This document shows, one piece after another, positions 21,197 to 30,834 of a stretch of 64,000 nt of DNA. The stretch comes from Candidatus Heimdallarchaeota archaeon (GTDB lineage Archaea > Asgardarchaeota > Heimdallarchaeia > Heimdallarchaeales > Heimdallarchaeaceae). Every line of letters starts with the position of its first letter. The stretch's first letter is position 1. The position numbers and the translations under genes were made by a program. The stretch lies in contig JAUVXV010000002.1 in NCBI GenBank assembly GCA_030603365.1, forward strand, positions 224,001 through 288,000, in the 5' to 3' direction. A model generated the notes under the pieces. That model did no database searches. It saw only the letters and a program-made list of their open reading frames with translations, and was not told the origin of the DNA.

Positions 21197-22822
21197 TTAA
21201 TCTTCAAGCATATACTTGTAAGTGTATTCTTTTGGAGGAGTGAAACTTTCTTTAATAGTTCTTGCTGAAATCCACCTTAACAGATTCAAGTAACTACCAG
21301 CTTTGTCATTAGTCCCAGAAGATCTTGCACCACCAAAGGGTTGCTGACCTACAACAGCCCCAGTAGGTTTTGAATTAATGTAGAAATTGCCTGCAGCATT
21401 TCTTAAAGCCTTATTTGCCAGATCTATAGCATGTCTATCTTTAGCAAAAATTGATCCAGTTAATGCATAAGGGGATGTATTATCACACAATTCTAGTGTT
21501 TCATTGAATGTTTCATCTTGATAGATATAGATAGTCAGAACAGGTCCAAAAATTTCTTCTTCCATTGTTTTAAACTTGGGATTTGAAGTTACAATTGTAG
21601 TTGGTTCAATGAAATATCCATTTGAGTTGTCATAATTCCCTCCAGTAATAATTTCTGCTTCCTCTGAGTTCTTAGCAAAGTCTATGAATTTGGTAATGTT
21701 ATTGAAAGCTGGTTGATCGATTACTGCGTTGATGAAAGTTGAAAAATCTTCAACATCACCTTGCTTAATCTCATCTGTAGCTTTTACTAATTTGGTCTTC
21801 ACTCTTTCCCACATACTCTCTGGGATATAGGCTCTACTAGCGGCTGAACATTTCTGTCCTTGAAATTCAAAAGCACCCCGAATTAAAGCTGTAGATACTT
21901 CATCTACATCTGCAGAATTATGAACAAAGACAAAATCTTTACCTCCTGTTTCTCCAACAATTCTTGGGTAGGTACGGTATTTTGCAATATTTTCACCAAC
22001 CTTTTTCCACATCCATTGAAAGGTTCCTGTTGCACCAGTAAAATGAACTCCTGCTAAATCAGGATGATCCAATACTTGTTTTCCTATTAATGATCCTTGG
22101 CCTGGAACAAAATTAATTACACCACCTGGCAATCCTGCATCCATCAAAATTTGCATAATATAATAAGCAGGATAGACAGCTGATGATGCAGGTTTCCACA
22201 CTACTGTATTCCCCATAAGAGCTGGAGAAGTAGGGAGGTTACCAGCAATTGAGATGAAATTAAAAGGTGTGACTGCAAAAACAAATCCTTCTAATGGTCT
22301 GTACTCCAACCTATTCCACTGACCTTCTGGTGAGCTCGGTTGTTGAGAATATATTTGAGTCATGTAATTAGCATTAAATCTTAAGAAATCTATCATCTCA
22401 ACTACATCAACTTCAGCTTGGTAAACATTCTTGCTAATACCTAACATAGTAGATGCATTCATTATTTGTCTATAGGGACCAGCCATCAAATTAGCTGCTT
22501 TCAAGAAAATCGCTGCTCTGTTAGACCAGTGAAAAGATTCCCATTTTTCCTTAGCATTTAAAGCAGACTCGATAGCTGAATCTACTTCTTCACGACCTGC
22601 TTTGTTAAAATCAGCTAGAATATACTGATGATTATGAGGAGGAACACAAGTTCCTTTATTGTCAGTTAAAATTTCCATACCATCAATTATGAGAGGTATT
22701 TCGAATCTCTCTCGTATGAAATCTAATGCTTTCTTCAAATCTTTTCTTTCTTTACTTCCAGGAAGATAACCTAGAATCTTCTCATTCTTAGGTTCTGGAA
22801 CCTGAAAAATACCATCTTTCAA
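21197..22822 (-). CDS. pruA: L-glutamate gamma-semialdehyde (P5C) dehydrogenase
   Basis: RLEYRPLEGFVFAVTPFNF, YPRIVGETGGKDF, FEFQGQKCSAASR, KPTGAVVGQQPFGGARSSGTNDKAGS. Confidence 0.95.
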   Translation of the reverse strand: MKDGIFQVPEPKNEKILGYLPGSKERKDLKKALDFIRERFEIPLIIDGMEILTDNKGTCVPPHNHQYILADFNKAGREEVDSAIESALNAKEKWESFHWSNRAAIFLKAANLMAGPYRQIMNASTMLGISKNVYQAEVDVVEMIDFLRFNANYMTQIYSQQPSSPEGQWNRLEYRPLEGFVFAVTPFNFISIAGNLPTSPALMGNTVVWKPASSAVYPAYYIMQILMDAGLPGGVINFVPGQGSLIGKQVLDHPDLAGVHFTGATGTFQWMWKKVGENIAKYRTYPRIVGETGGKDFVFVHNSADVDEVSTALIRGAFEFQGQKCSAASRAYIPESMWERVKTKLVKATDEIKQGDVEDFSTFINAVIDQPAFNNITKFIDFAKNSEEAEIITGGNYDNSNGYFIEPTTIVTSNPKFKTMEEEIFGPVLTIYIYQDETFNETLELCDNTSPYALTGSIFAKDRHAIDLANKALRNAAGNFYINSKPTGAVVGQQPFGGARSSGTNDKAGSYLNLLRWISARTIKESFTPPKEYTYKYMLED

Positions 22823-22922
22823 AGTAATATCACCTGATAAAATAATTCTAATTCACACTAGGTGATTTTTTCTTTTTATATCATTGGGAATAACAAAAAA
22901 ATGAATTACGAAGAATATGTGT

Positions 22923-23708
22923 TTACTCCTCGTCAGGTAAATACCTTTCTTCTTCTTTAGCAAGTTTCACCATATCTTTGTAGGCTTCTTTCACTTTATC
23001 ATCTTCACCAATAAATAGAAAATGTAATGACCCTTCTCCTGTTCCAACTCCACTTGAACCGATCTGGAAAACATTAACTTCTGGGTAAAGTAAATCAAAT
23101 GCTTCAAATTCAGTAAAAACTTCTCCAGGTATAGGCATAATACCTATTGGATATCCCATCGAATATTCTGGGTCTATAGTTTTATTTCCCAAAATCTGCG
23201 ACAATTCCCAAACACTATCATCTATCGATCGGGAAATGCTAATTGGAATAATTATACTTATTCCACGAGCTATTGCTGTAGGCAAGAAAGCTCCGACTGT
23301 CCCCCCTACAGGATGAGCCATATAAACTCCTGCTATACCATCAGCTCCAAGAGCGTTACCACCTTTAATAATAACATCTTCTGGTTGAAATTCATCTATA
23401 GTTTCTCTGAGGTTGTTAATTTCAACTTTCTTCCCTTTATCTAGAACAACCTCTTTCAACCTTTTTTCTACTTTGAGACCACCAAGTCTAAACAACTTTT
23501 CTTTATCCCCGGTAACCTGTCCAGCAACATAATGTGACTTATTAAATTCTTCATCTAATAATTCTTCTAAGATGTAAGCTGTTGTTGATCCTCTAGAGAT
23601 GAAAATTTTGTTGTTTTCTAATGCTTCTTTTATCTCAGGATGTTCCATAAGACCTTTAGCAATAAGCCTTTTACATTCAGTGTGAGTTAAAACTACTAAT
23701 GCGCGCAT
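22923..23708 (-). CDS. Conserved hypothetical protein (possibly isomerase/CoA-transferase-like fold)
   Basis: LTHTECKRLIAKG, GSTTAYI, IKGGNAL, GGTVG and GVGTGEGS motifs resemble a conserved family of unknown function. Confidence 0.6.
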   Translation of the reverse strand: MRALVVLTHTECKRLIAKGLMEHPEIKEALENNKIFISRGSTTAYILEELLDEEFNKSHYVAGQVTGDKEKLFRLGGLKVEKRLKEVVLDKGKKVEINNLRETIDEFQPEDVIIKGGNALGADGIAGVYMAHPVGGTVGAFLPTAIARGISIIIPISISRSIDDSVWELSQILGNKTIDPEYSMGYPIGIMPIPGEVFTEFEAFDLLYPEVNVFQIGSSGVGTGEGSLHFLFIGEDDKVKEAYKDMVKLAKEEERYLPDEE

Positions 23709-23771
23709 AAGATTCCAGTATAAGACAAAAATAAAAATGTTTTCTAGAAAAATAAGAAGGAGAGAAGAAGA

Positions 23772-26700
23772 TCATTTTTTGTTTAGATATTCTTCTATGT
23801 TAGTTTGAGCAAATGGTGCTATTGAAGCCAGATCTTCTGTTAAGATATAGAGCACATTCAGTGTTATTTCTTCTTGAGGTTCCAATTTTATTTTCTTTGT
23901 CTGACATCCTAAAGTTGCGTAGGAGTAGTTAGGAGTATATGGTGAAATTTGAGTATAGTACTTATTTGAAAGGATTACTGAACCAATAATATAATCGTGT
24001 TTAGCATTTTTATAGGCGACCCATTTAGCATGAGTATCATGGTGACTCCCAACATAAGACTGATGTTCATTTAAGTTAAATTTCATAACTTTTCCACCTG
24101 ATTCAACATAATATTCATCGTCTGGTCCACCTGTGGTTTTAACAGAAATGTCAATTATTGAATCAAACCGTTTGATAGCAGAGGAATGATTCTTTATGAT
24201 TTGTTGATGTAACAGAAAGGGAGAATCAGGTAAGGTTAGGTAATGATTGGTCACTTGTAGTCCTTTCAAACTTGGTGCATACTCGATAATATTAGATTGG
24301 AATCCTATTCCTTCCCATGCATTCTCTTTAATAATGAATGCTTTAAATTTCAATCTATTATAATCATGGTCTTTCCATTGGTTCAAAACATTAATTCCAC
24401 CCCCTATTCCACCGTAGAATTCATTAGTCCAAACAAAGGGAACAACCTTTGGGAAGAAAGATTTTAGGTAATTGCTATCATTATCTATGCATAATTCAAA
24501 GATTTGTCCTCTATGTTCTGAACTTCCTTTAAATCTGAGAAAACCATTATCCACTTCATAATAGCTTTTTTCATCTTGTTGCTCTTCTTTGATTGTTATA
24601 TTTTTGGATTCATCAAAAACACCTATAGCAATAGAATTCTCATAAACCGCAGATAAAGTGTTAAAAACCATTTTTCCTGAATATAGTCTTCTTGTTAGAG
24701 GTTCAATTTCAAACTTCAACAACAATGAAGATGTCCTTGTTTTATCAATTGTCTTTTCTTCAGGTTTGATTATTAAATTATTAAAATCTAGCTGAATACT
24801 CCCCTTCATCTCAGATTCTTTGAATGTGTTGATTTTCACAAACATCTCTTTAGATCCCTTTTTTAGTACGATCCCTTTACTCCTATATTCTGATGTTTCA
24901 GTGGGATATAGTCCAACAGTCTTTAATTCATCTAATTCCCTCATTAAAGCAAGTTCAGTATCTGGAGTGTTGAGATACTTCTCTCTCCACTTCTGTTGTA
25001 CTTGTTGCCAAGAATCTGTAAAACAAAACCAGATTTTAGAGGTCTCAAATGACTGCTTGGTCTTTAAATCAGGTACTTTTTCTTCAATACTGTTGCCATA
25101 TATTTTATCAGCTTTTGTAAGGTCATATAAGCAACCGATGTAGCCCTCTAAATATTTTTGACAATTCCATCCTTCCTGAAAATCTGAAGGTTTATTTGGA
25201 TGATCTATTTGTATTTCAGGAAAATTGAATTCCTTTATACCTTCTTTTAAATGAAGGATATATTTCTCGAACCTGCTACCTCTCCACCACCAATACTCAG
25301 TTTTTGCTCCTAAATTATCTACTAGATCCTGAGAAGTATTTTCTATATTGAAATAAATTCCAAAAGGAGAATCATCATTTGGAACAAAGAATTTTCTTGT
25401 AAATTTAATTCCTGGTTTACTGTCTGAAAATGCGCTAGAATGTAACCATAAACCATCCTCGGCTATATTGATAGTGTGATCTAATTGTTTGGTATAAAAT
25501 TCGCTTCCCTCGGTGTCGAAAGGATAACCAAGAACCATGTTATAACCATCTCTCTTAAGATTTCTATTTTTATCAATTACAGTTAACCTATTTTCTTTAA
25601 CATTGTAACCCTTATAGAAACTTAGTCGAATATCTCTATTTTCAAGAAAAACTTCTTCACCAATTTCATAGCTCAAGGCTTTGTTCTTATCAAAAATGAT
25701 TATAGGTAATTTTCTGGATATAATCACAGTTCCATCTGGTTGTGAAACTGTGATATCGAAGTAGTCAACCATAGAAGGAGTTTTTCCAACCTTCAGTGGA
25801 ATTTTCAATAAAGAATCGTATTTAGATACTAGGATATTGAAAATTGATTCCTCAAAAGAGAGTAAATCACTACCTACTACTTCCACTAAAATGTCTTCCT
25901 TATCAACACCTGTAAAGTTTTGAATTTCAATCGGAAGAATTATCTCAGAGTCTGGTTTAGTGATAAAATTCTTTGGATATGTTAGAACATCGATAGCATT
26001 CTTGGGTATTTTTCCGAGCGTAATTGGAAAAGTAGATTCATTTACTATAATTTCGAACTTAATTTCGTGAGTACTAAAAGCCTGTGGGTGAGTTTTAATA
26101 TCAAGTTCATCTGTACCAGAGATAAAAGAACCAGTATAGTTAATCACTTTTTCTTCATTTGGTTCAAGTGCCAAGTTAGCTTGTTTTTCTCCAGAAAAAA
26201 TAATATCAGAAGTTGCTGAAACAGATAAAGAAATAGAGAGTTTTTCCAACCCATTATTCTTTAACTTCAATTCAATAGGAAATTCCTCTACGCCGATAAA
26301 AGCTTGAGAATCTGGAGTTCTTGCTTGAATATGAAGATTGACGTTATCATTTTTCATATGGAATCCACTTATTCTACCGATAGTTCTGTCGATCCAGACA
26401 TTAAGAGAATCACCTTGTTCAGTTTCAAAGAAATACTCATAGACCGCCATCTTTTCATCAAAAGTTTCATCCATTTCTTGATCTGTAACTGGTTTAAAAA
26501 TCTCATACCAACCATTCTGTGTGAAAAATTCCTTAAAGAATGGATGATTGAGTATTTGAGGGATGTAATTAACCATGTAAACATCTGTTCCTGGACGCCA
26601 TTTGTATCCTTGACGTCTATATAAAGGAAAAGCTTTGAGATTTCCACTCCAAGTATGAAGACCAATAAATCTGCAATTTTTCTCTAACGCAAATTGAGTT

Positions 26701-27065
26701 CCTTTCAGTAGGAGGGCTTTACCATATTTTTGCCCTTGATATTCAGGATCAACACCAAGAATTCCAACATAATATGAATCTACTATATCCCAGCTTCGAC
26801 TGCATAGACATACACCTACCATCTTGGACGGATCATCTTCAGCATCAACAACGAATAATGGTTCGAAGATTTGATCTTTGTATCTGTCTTCTGCCCATTC
26901 TTCAGTGAAGATAAATGATCCTCCAAAACCACCTGGCCAGGAATCTGAGTCTTTAAACGAATTAAAGCATCTTGCTAAGGCTGCATAATCATGTTTTTCT
27001 GGTTTCATAGTCCTTACAAGCTTGGTCTTTTCATCTTGGGGAAAAGGTATCATAAGATAGACCAT
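23772..27065 (-). CDS. Large GNAT acetyltransferase with a ~900-aa C-terminal extension
   Basis: LGVDPEYQGQKYGKALL (acetyl-CoA motif A) and LHTWSGNLKAFPLYRRQGY. The C-terminus is beta-rich. Confidence 0.82.
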   Translation of the reverse strand: MVYLMIPFPQDEKTKLVRTMKPEKHDYAALARCFNSFKDSDSWPGGFGGSFIFTEEWAEDRYKDQIFEPLFVVDAEDDPSKMVGVCLCSRSWDIVDSYYVGILGVDPEYQGQKYGKALLLKGTQFALEKNCRFIGLHTWSGNLKAFPLYRRQGYKWRPGTDVYMVNYIPQILNHPFFKEFFTQNGWYEIFKPVTDQEMDETFDEKMAVYEYFFETEQGDSLNVWIDRTIGRISGFHMKNDNVNLHIQARTPDSQAFIGVEEFPIELKLKNNGLEKLSISLSVSATSDIIFSGEKQANLALEPNEEKVINYTGSFISGTDELDIKTHPQAFSTHEIKFEIIVNESTFPITLGKIPKNAIDVLTYPKNFITKPDSEIILPIEIQNFTGVDKEDILVEVVGSDLLSFEESIFNILVSKYDSLLKIPLKVGKTPSMVDYFDITVSQPDGTVIISRKLPIIIFDKNKALSYEIGEEVFLENRDIRLSFYKGYNVKENRLTVIDKNRNLKRDGYNMVLGYPFDTEGSEFYTKQLDHTINIAEDGLWLHSSAFSDSKPGIKFTRKFFVPNDDSPFGIYFNIENTSQDLVDNLGAKTEYWWWRGSRFEKYILHLKEGIKEFNFPEIQIDHPNKPSDFQEGWNCQKYLEGYIGCLYDLTKADKIYGNSIEEKVPDLKTKQSFETSKIWFCFTDSWQQVQQKWREKYLNTPDTELALMRELDELKTVGLYPTETSEYRSKGIVLKKGSKEMFVKINTFKESEMKGSIQLDFNNLIIKPEEKTIDKTRTSSLLLKFEIEPLTRRLYSGKMVFNTLSAVYENSIAIGVFDESKNITIKEEQQDEKSYYEVDNGFLRFKGSSEHRGQIFELCIDNDSNYLKSFFPKVVPFVWTNEFYGGIGGGINVLNQWKDHDYNRLKFKAFIIKENAWEGIGFQSNIIEYAPSLKGLQVTNHYLTLPDSPFLLHQQIIKNHSSAIKRFDSIIDISVKTTGGPDDEYYVESGGKVMKFNLNEHQSYVGSHHDTHAKWVAYKNAKHDYIIGSVILSNKYYTQISPYTPNYSYATLGCQTKKIKLEPQEEITLNVLYILTEDLASIAPFAQTNIEEYLNKK

Positions 27066-27368
27066 GCAAAAAAAAGGTTATGAGTTTTATCATCTGCGTT
27101 TTTTTCGAATGGTTAAAATATTCGTATAAAATATGCCTGAAAATTATGTAATTTTCAGTGAAGGAATAGAAAAAGATTATATAGAATTTCTTTCAGGAAC
27201 AATAGCAAAAATTATAGTAGCTGATAAGGAAGTAAATTTAGTAAACAAGGAAGAATAACACTAGTTGATAAATTCACTTCAACTTATTTTGATGTGATTA
27301 AAAAGACGTCAAAACCTATATTAATCATGAATGCATAGCATGTTTAATTTAGAAATGAAGTGATATAA

Positions 27369-27827
27369 TTGAATAAAAAACTAGTAATATCATTGGTTTC
27401 AATTTTCTCAATTTTCTTTATCATGAATACTGCTATTGCTCATACACCATCATCTATATCTATGGATTACAATTACTCCAGCAATGTCTTAGAGTTTAGA
27501 GTGAATCATGCCGTTAGTGATGTCAACACTCACTATATAGAGTTGATTGAAATTTTTGTAAACGATGTTTTCAACCAATCACGACCCTATACTTCACAAA
27601 CTACAACTTCCTATCATGAAGATACATTTACAGTACCAGCAGACATAGGTGATGTAATTAAACTGGTAGCATACTGCAACGTAGCAGGTTCTTTGACAGA
27701 TGAAATAGTTATTGAAGACCCAAATGGAAATGGCACTGGAACAGAAAAAACTTCAGCAGAATCAGTACTGATTGTTTCTCTTGCTTTAGCAATAGGATTT
27801 ATTCTAATGAGAAGAAGAAAATTTTAA
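27369..27827 (+). CDS. Exported, C-terminally anchored superoxide-reductase (neelaredoxin)-like metal-binding protein
   Basis: Signal peptide ending TAIA/HTP; NHAVSDVNTHYIELIEI; AYCNVAG; C-terminal TM followed by RRRK. Confidence 0.6.
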   Translation: MNKKLVISLVSIFSIFFIMNTAIAHTPSSISMDYNYSSNVLEFRVNHAVSDVNTHYIELIEIFVNDVFNQSRPYTSQTTTSYHEDTFTVPADIGDVIKLVAYCNVAGSLTDEIVIEDPNGNGTGTEKTSAESVLIVSLALAIGFILMRRRKF

Positions 27828-27916
27828 ACTGTTTTCCTTTTTTTCCATTTTTTGTGACATACTTTTTAATATTCTTATAATTATTATTATTCTGAAAGAA
27901 ATTAATCGGTGCTGAA

Positions 27917-28369
27917 GTGACTGTAAACAGATCAATTATCCGAAAGAACTCTAATATTCCTGCAAAACCTCCTTTGCTACGTTTTACAATTGTTGATTTA
28001 AGTGGTTTAGCTGTTTTTCATCGTTCTTTTATTACTGAGGTGATGGATGAGTTACTCTTCAGTGGTTTTAGTGCCGCAATGATTGCATTTTCTAGAGAAT
28101 TAGGTTCAGAGCTATACTGTATTCAAATGGAAGGAGTAAATTACTATTTCAGAACGAAAGAAGATTTTATCCTTGTCGTGGGGATGTATCCTCGTGTAAG
28201 ACCATCCAGTGCGAAGAGATTTCTAAGATTGATATATGAGATAGTGAATTGGGAAGAACTTGATGGATATCTCAACAAAGCAACCTATTTCCAAACTGAT
28301 GAATTTATGGAAAAAGTTGAACAAGTAATCTTAGATTTTCAGATAAGGTTTAAACATCTTATAAGGTGA
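27917..28369 (+). CDS. Stand-alone longin-like domain protein
   Basis: FTIVDLSGLAVFHRSF...MDELLFSGFSAAMIAFSRELG...IQMEG matches the pattern of Asgard longin-like domains. Confidence 0.65.
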   Translation: MTVNRSIIRKNSNIPAKPPLLRFTIVDLSGLAVFHRSFITEVMDELLFSGFSAAMIAFSRELGSELYCIQMEGVNYYFRTKEDFILVVGMYPRVRPSSAKRFLRLIYEIVNWEELDGYLNKATYFQTDEFMEKVEQVILDFQIRFKHLIR

Positions 28370-28390
28370 ATTACTAATTTATTGAAATGG

Positions 28391-29245
28391 CTAATTATCC
28401 AGGTATGCGGTTTCTAAGGCTTCAATATATTCTTTAGGAATTATTCTAGATTCTATAAAAGTCCAGAAACTAGGATCTCTTCTTTCCATGGAAGGAGGAG
28501 AAACATATCGTCTCAATAAGAAGTACAAAACATCTTTAAGAGAAGCAAAAGCTATTCCCCAATCTTCATCAAGAATAGCCTTCTTAGAATCAATAACTTC
28601 TGTCCATTCCTTTTCTAGATTTAGATGCTCAAAAATAGTGATAACTATTTTATAAAGTGCCATAACTTTGGACTTCTCAATAGGTTTATGCAATTCAGGA
28701 TAATCTTTGAGTCGATGTGAAATAGGTAAATTGTTGTCAAAATTATTTTCGAACTGAGAGAGGAGTGTTATATTTTCTTCGTAAGCTTTCTTTGCCCACT
28801 CAGCTTCAGGAGGTTTTCCTAACATCTTAATGTATATCCTATCTTCAGTTTTCCAGCTCCATTCTTTGCAAATCTGAGCATTATTTTGAATAAATTGATC
28901 TTTTTCATACCACACTTTGCAGCTACTTAGAAATGAAAGAAACAACGATTTTTGATAAATATCACTTAGACTGGAAACTTCTTTCTTCAAAGTCTCCAAC
29001 ATGTATTCCTGAGTATGTGTCCAGATATCCAGATTCTTACCTTCGACATTTAGCTTTTTATTTTGAACAAGGGTAGGTTGGTTGTTCTTTATCAGAATTA
29101 TATCGATATCACTTTTTTCTTTCGCTCTTTCTTCTGCCCAAGAACCTACTAGAATGGCAGCATCAGTCTTTTCATCTATTAAATTGTCCAATACCCAGTA
29201 TTTGATTTTTTTGAGAATTTGCGAGTTGGAATTTTTCTCTTCCAT
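28391..29245 (-). CDS. Pol-beta superfamily nucleotidyltransferase domain protein
   Basis: LVGSWAE...SDIDIILI, with a third acidic residue in LDIW, plus a helical C-terminal domain. Confidence 0.8.
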   Translation of the reverse strand: MEEKNSNSQILKKIKYWVLDNLIDEKTDAAILVGSWAEERAKEKSDIDIILIKNNQPTLVQNKKLNVEGKNLDIWTHTQEYMLETLKKEVSSLSDIYQKSLFLSFLSSCKVWYEKDQFIQNNAQICKEWSWKTEDRIYIKMLGKPPEAEWAKKAYEENITLLSQFENNFDNNLPISHRLKDYPELHKPIEKSKVMALYKIVITIFEHLNLEKEWTEVIDSKKAILDEDWGIAFASLKDVLYFLLRRYVSPPSMERRDPSFWTFIESRIIPKEYIEALETAYLDN

Positions 29246-29290
29246 CCTATAAAAATCTTCAAACTAGAATATTAGTGTATCTGAAAAATG

Positions 29291-30274
29291 TCATTTTTTT
29301 TGTTTTTTATTTTCCATATAGTATGGAGACTTGCAAATCAAGATCTTTCTGACAATAGGTCGGAAAATAGTGATGATAAATCGAAGAAGCCTTGTATTTT
29401 TCTTTATTTCATCTAAATAATCATCAAAAGAGAGAGTTTGGTAATTTAATAATTTCTGTGATTCCTTGGTATCTAACCACCCAGTATAATACCAATCATC
29501 CTTACTTCTTGGATTTTTGAATACTTCCTCAGGCAACATTTTCACTCCTAAAACCCCCAACATCTCCCTAATGAACTCCCTATTAGTATATTGAGATTTT
29601 TCTCCTCCTCCAAGTAATAGTACTTTGTTAATAGCTTCAATGGATACTGTCTTTGCAATTGCTTCTCCTATGTCTTTAGTATGTGCAAATTCGATTTTTT
29701 GATCCATTGGGATATTATACAGCAGAGAAAGATTGTTTTTCAAAACTGAAAGAGATGGAACAGCTGTTATTCTTAGAATTATCCAAGGAAGATCACTTTC
29801 TTGAATAGCTTTTTCAGCTTCTGCTTTATTTCTTGAATATTCATCTGAAGGTTTGATTGGATGTTCAGCATTCCTAGGTTCAGAAGAAGGGTGGAGTGGA
29901 CCATAAATAGAGATTGAACTTGGAAAAATAATCCTAGGGGATTTTTCTATGGACATTGCTGCTTTAACAATATTCTTTGTTCCTTCTACATTTATTTCAT
30001 AAGCTATCCGTGGGTTTGTATCTGTAAATGGAGGAGTCACTCCCGCAAAATGGATAATACAGTCTTGGTTTTTCACAGCTTCAACAACTATTTCCTCATC
30101 TGTAACAGATCCCCAAAGACTATGTAACTTACCAAGCTTAGCAAATTTCTTAGAGATTTTTCTTGTATTGGAAGATAAAATGTCTAGAGTTGTAATTTCG
30201 TGTTCATTTGCAACTAGTGCTTCTAAAGTACTATAGCCCAAATTTCCAAAAGCGCCAGTTACTAGAACTTTCAT
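29291..30274 (-). CDS. NAD-dependent epimerase/dehydratase (extended SDR)
   Basis: Probable start is ATG 30274, giving MKVLVTGAFGNLG; also INVEGT, SSISIYG and YSRNK (YxxxK). Confidence 0.9.
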   Translation of the reverse strand: MKVLVTGAFGNLGYSTLEALVANEHEITTLDILSSNTRKISKKFAKLGKLHSLWGSVTDEEIVVEAVKNQDCIIHFAGVTPPFTDTNPRIAYEINVEGTKNIVKAAMSIEKSPRIIFPSSISIYGPLHPSSEPRNAEHPIKPSDEYSRNKAEAEKAIQESDLPWIILRITAVPSLSVLKNNLSLLYNIPMDQKIEFAHTKDIGEAIAKTVSIEAINKVLLLGGGEKSQYTNREFIREMLGVLGVKMLPEEVFKNPRSKDDWYYTGWLDTKESQKLLNYQTLSFDDYLDEIKKNTRLLRFIITIFRPIVRKILICKSPYYMENKKQKK

Positions 30275-30427
30275 AGGTGTAAGAATTGAAATATATTGAT
30301 TAATATTTTGTAGTGTTGTCAAGCTCGTAATATATATAAGTGCATGAAGACGCACACCCGTACAGAGAATGTTGTTTTCACACAGATTGGTGTTGACTTT
30401 GTCACAGTACTGTACTAAAGTTACCAA

Positions 30428-30826
30428 GTGATAATGATGGAAGAAAGTAAGAGAGAAAGCATCGAGAAAATAAGAACTGCCATTCATAACTATGTGGAAG
30501 GAGTCATCAATTTTGATTTCGTTAAGGCAAAGGAAACATGGCACTCTCATAGTGTAAAACAATACTACAATTCATTTCAAGACAAATTAGAGAAAATAAC
30601 TATGATTCAATCCAGACCAGATGGAAAGCAAAAAGGAGAGATAAAACAGACAGCAGAAATCAAAGAAGTAGATGCAACAGGAGATGCTGCTATAGTAAAA
30701 CTAGAATGGGATCAAGAAAGAGATGATACTAGAATCAAATTCATAGATTATATTTCATTATTGAAGATTAAAATCGAATGGAAAATTGTAGCTAAGATAT
30801 TCAATGTAGAGAAAATCTCCATGTAG
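30428..30826 (+). CDS. NTF2-like (putative lumazine-binding/SnoaL-type) protein
   Basis: AIHNYVEG...WH...TGDAAIVKL...FIDYISLLKIKIEWKIVAKIF. True start may be ATG 30434 or 30437. Confidence 0.8.
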   Translation: MIMMEESKRESIEKIRTAIHNYVEGVINFDFVKAKETWHSHSVKQYYNSFQDKLEKITMIQSRPDGKQKGEIKQTAEIKEVDATGDAAIVKLEWDQERDDTRIKFIDYISLLKIKIEWKIVAKIFNVEKISM

Positions 30827-30834
30827 AGAGAAAG

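Noticed and set aside
28391-29245. Possible MNT-HEPN toxin-antitoxin module
   Set aside because: No adjacent HEPN gene or convincing RxxxxH motif; the protein is longer than minimal nucleotidyltransferases.
30344-30418. 24-codon Thr/Val-rich ORF as an attenuator leader peptide
   Set aside because: Starts only a few nt after the TATA-like box, and the downstream genes are unrelated to amino-acid biosynthesis.
30275-30562. 96-aa N-terminal extension of the epimerase ORF
   Set aside because: The Rossmann motif begins at ATG 30274, and the extension overlaps the divergent NTF2-like gene.
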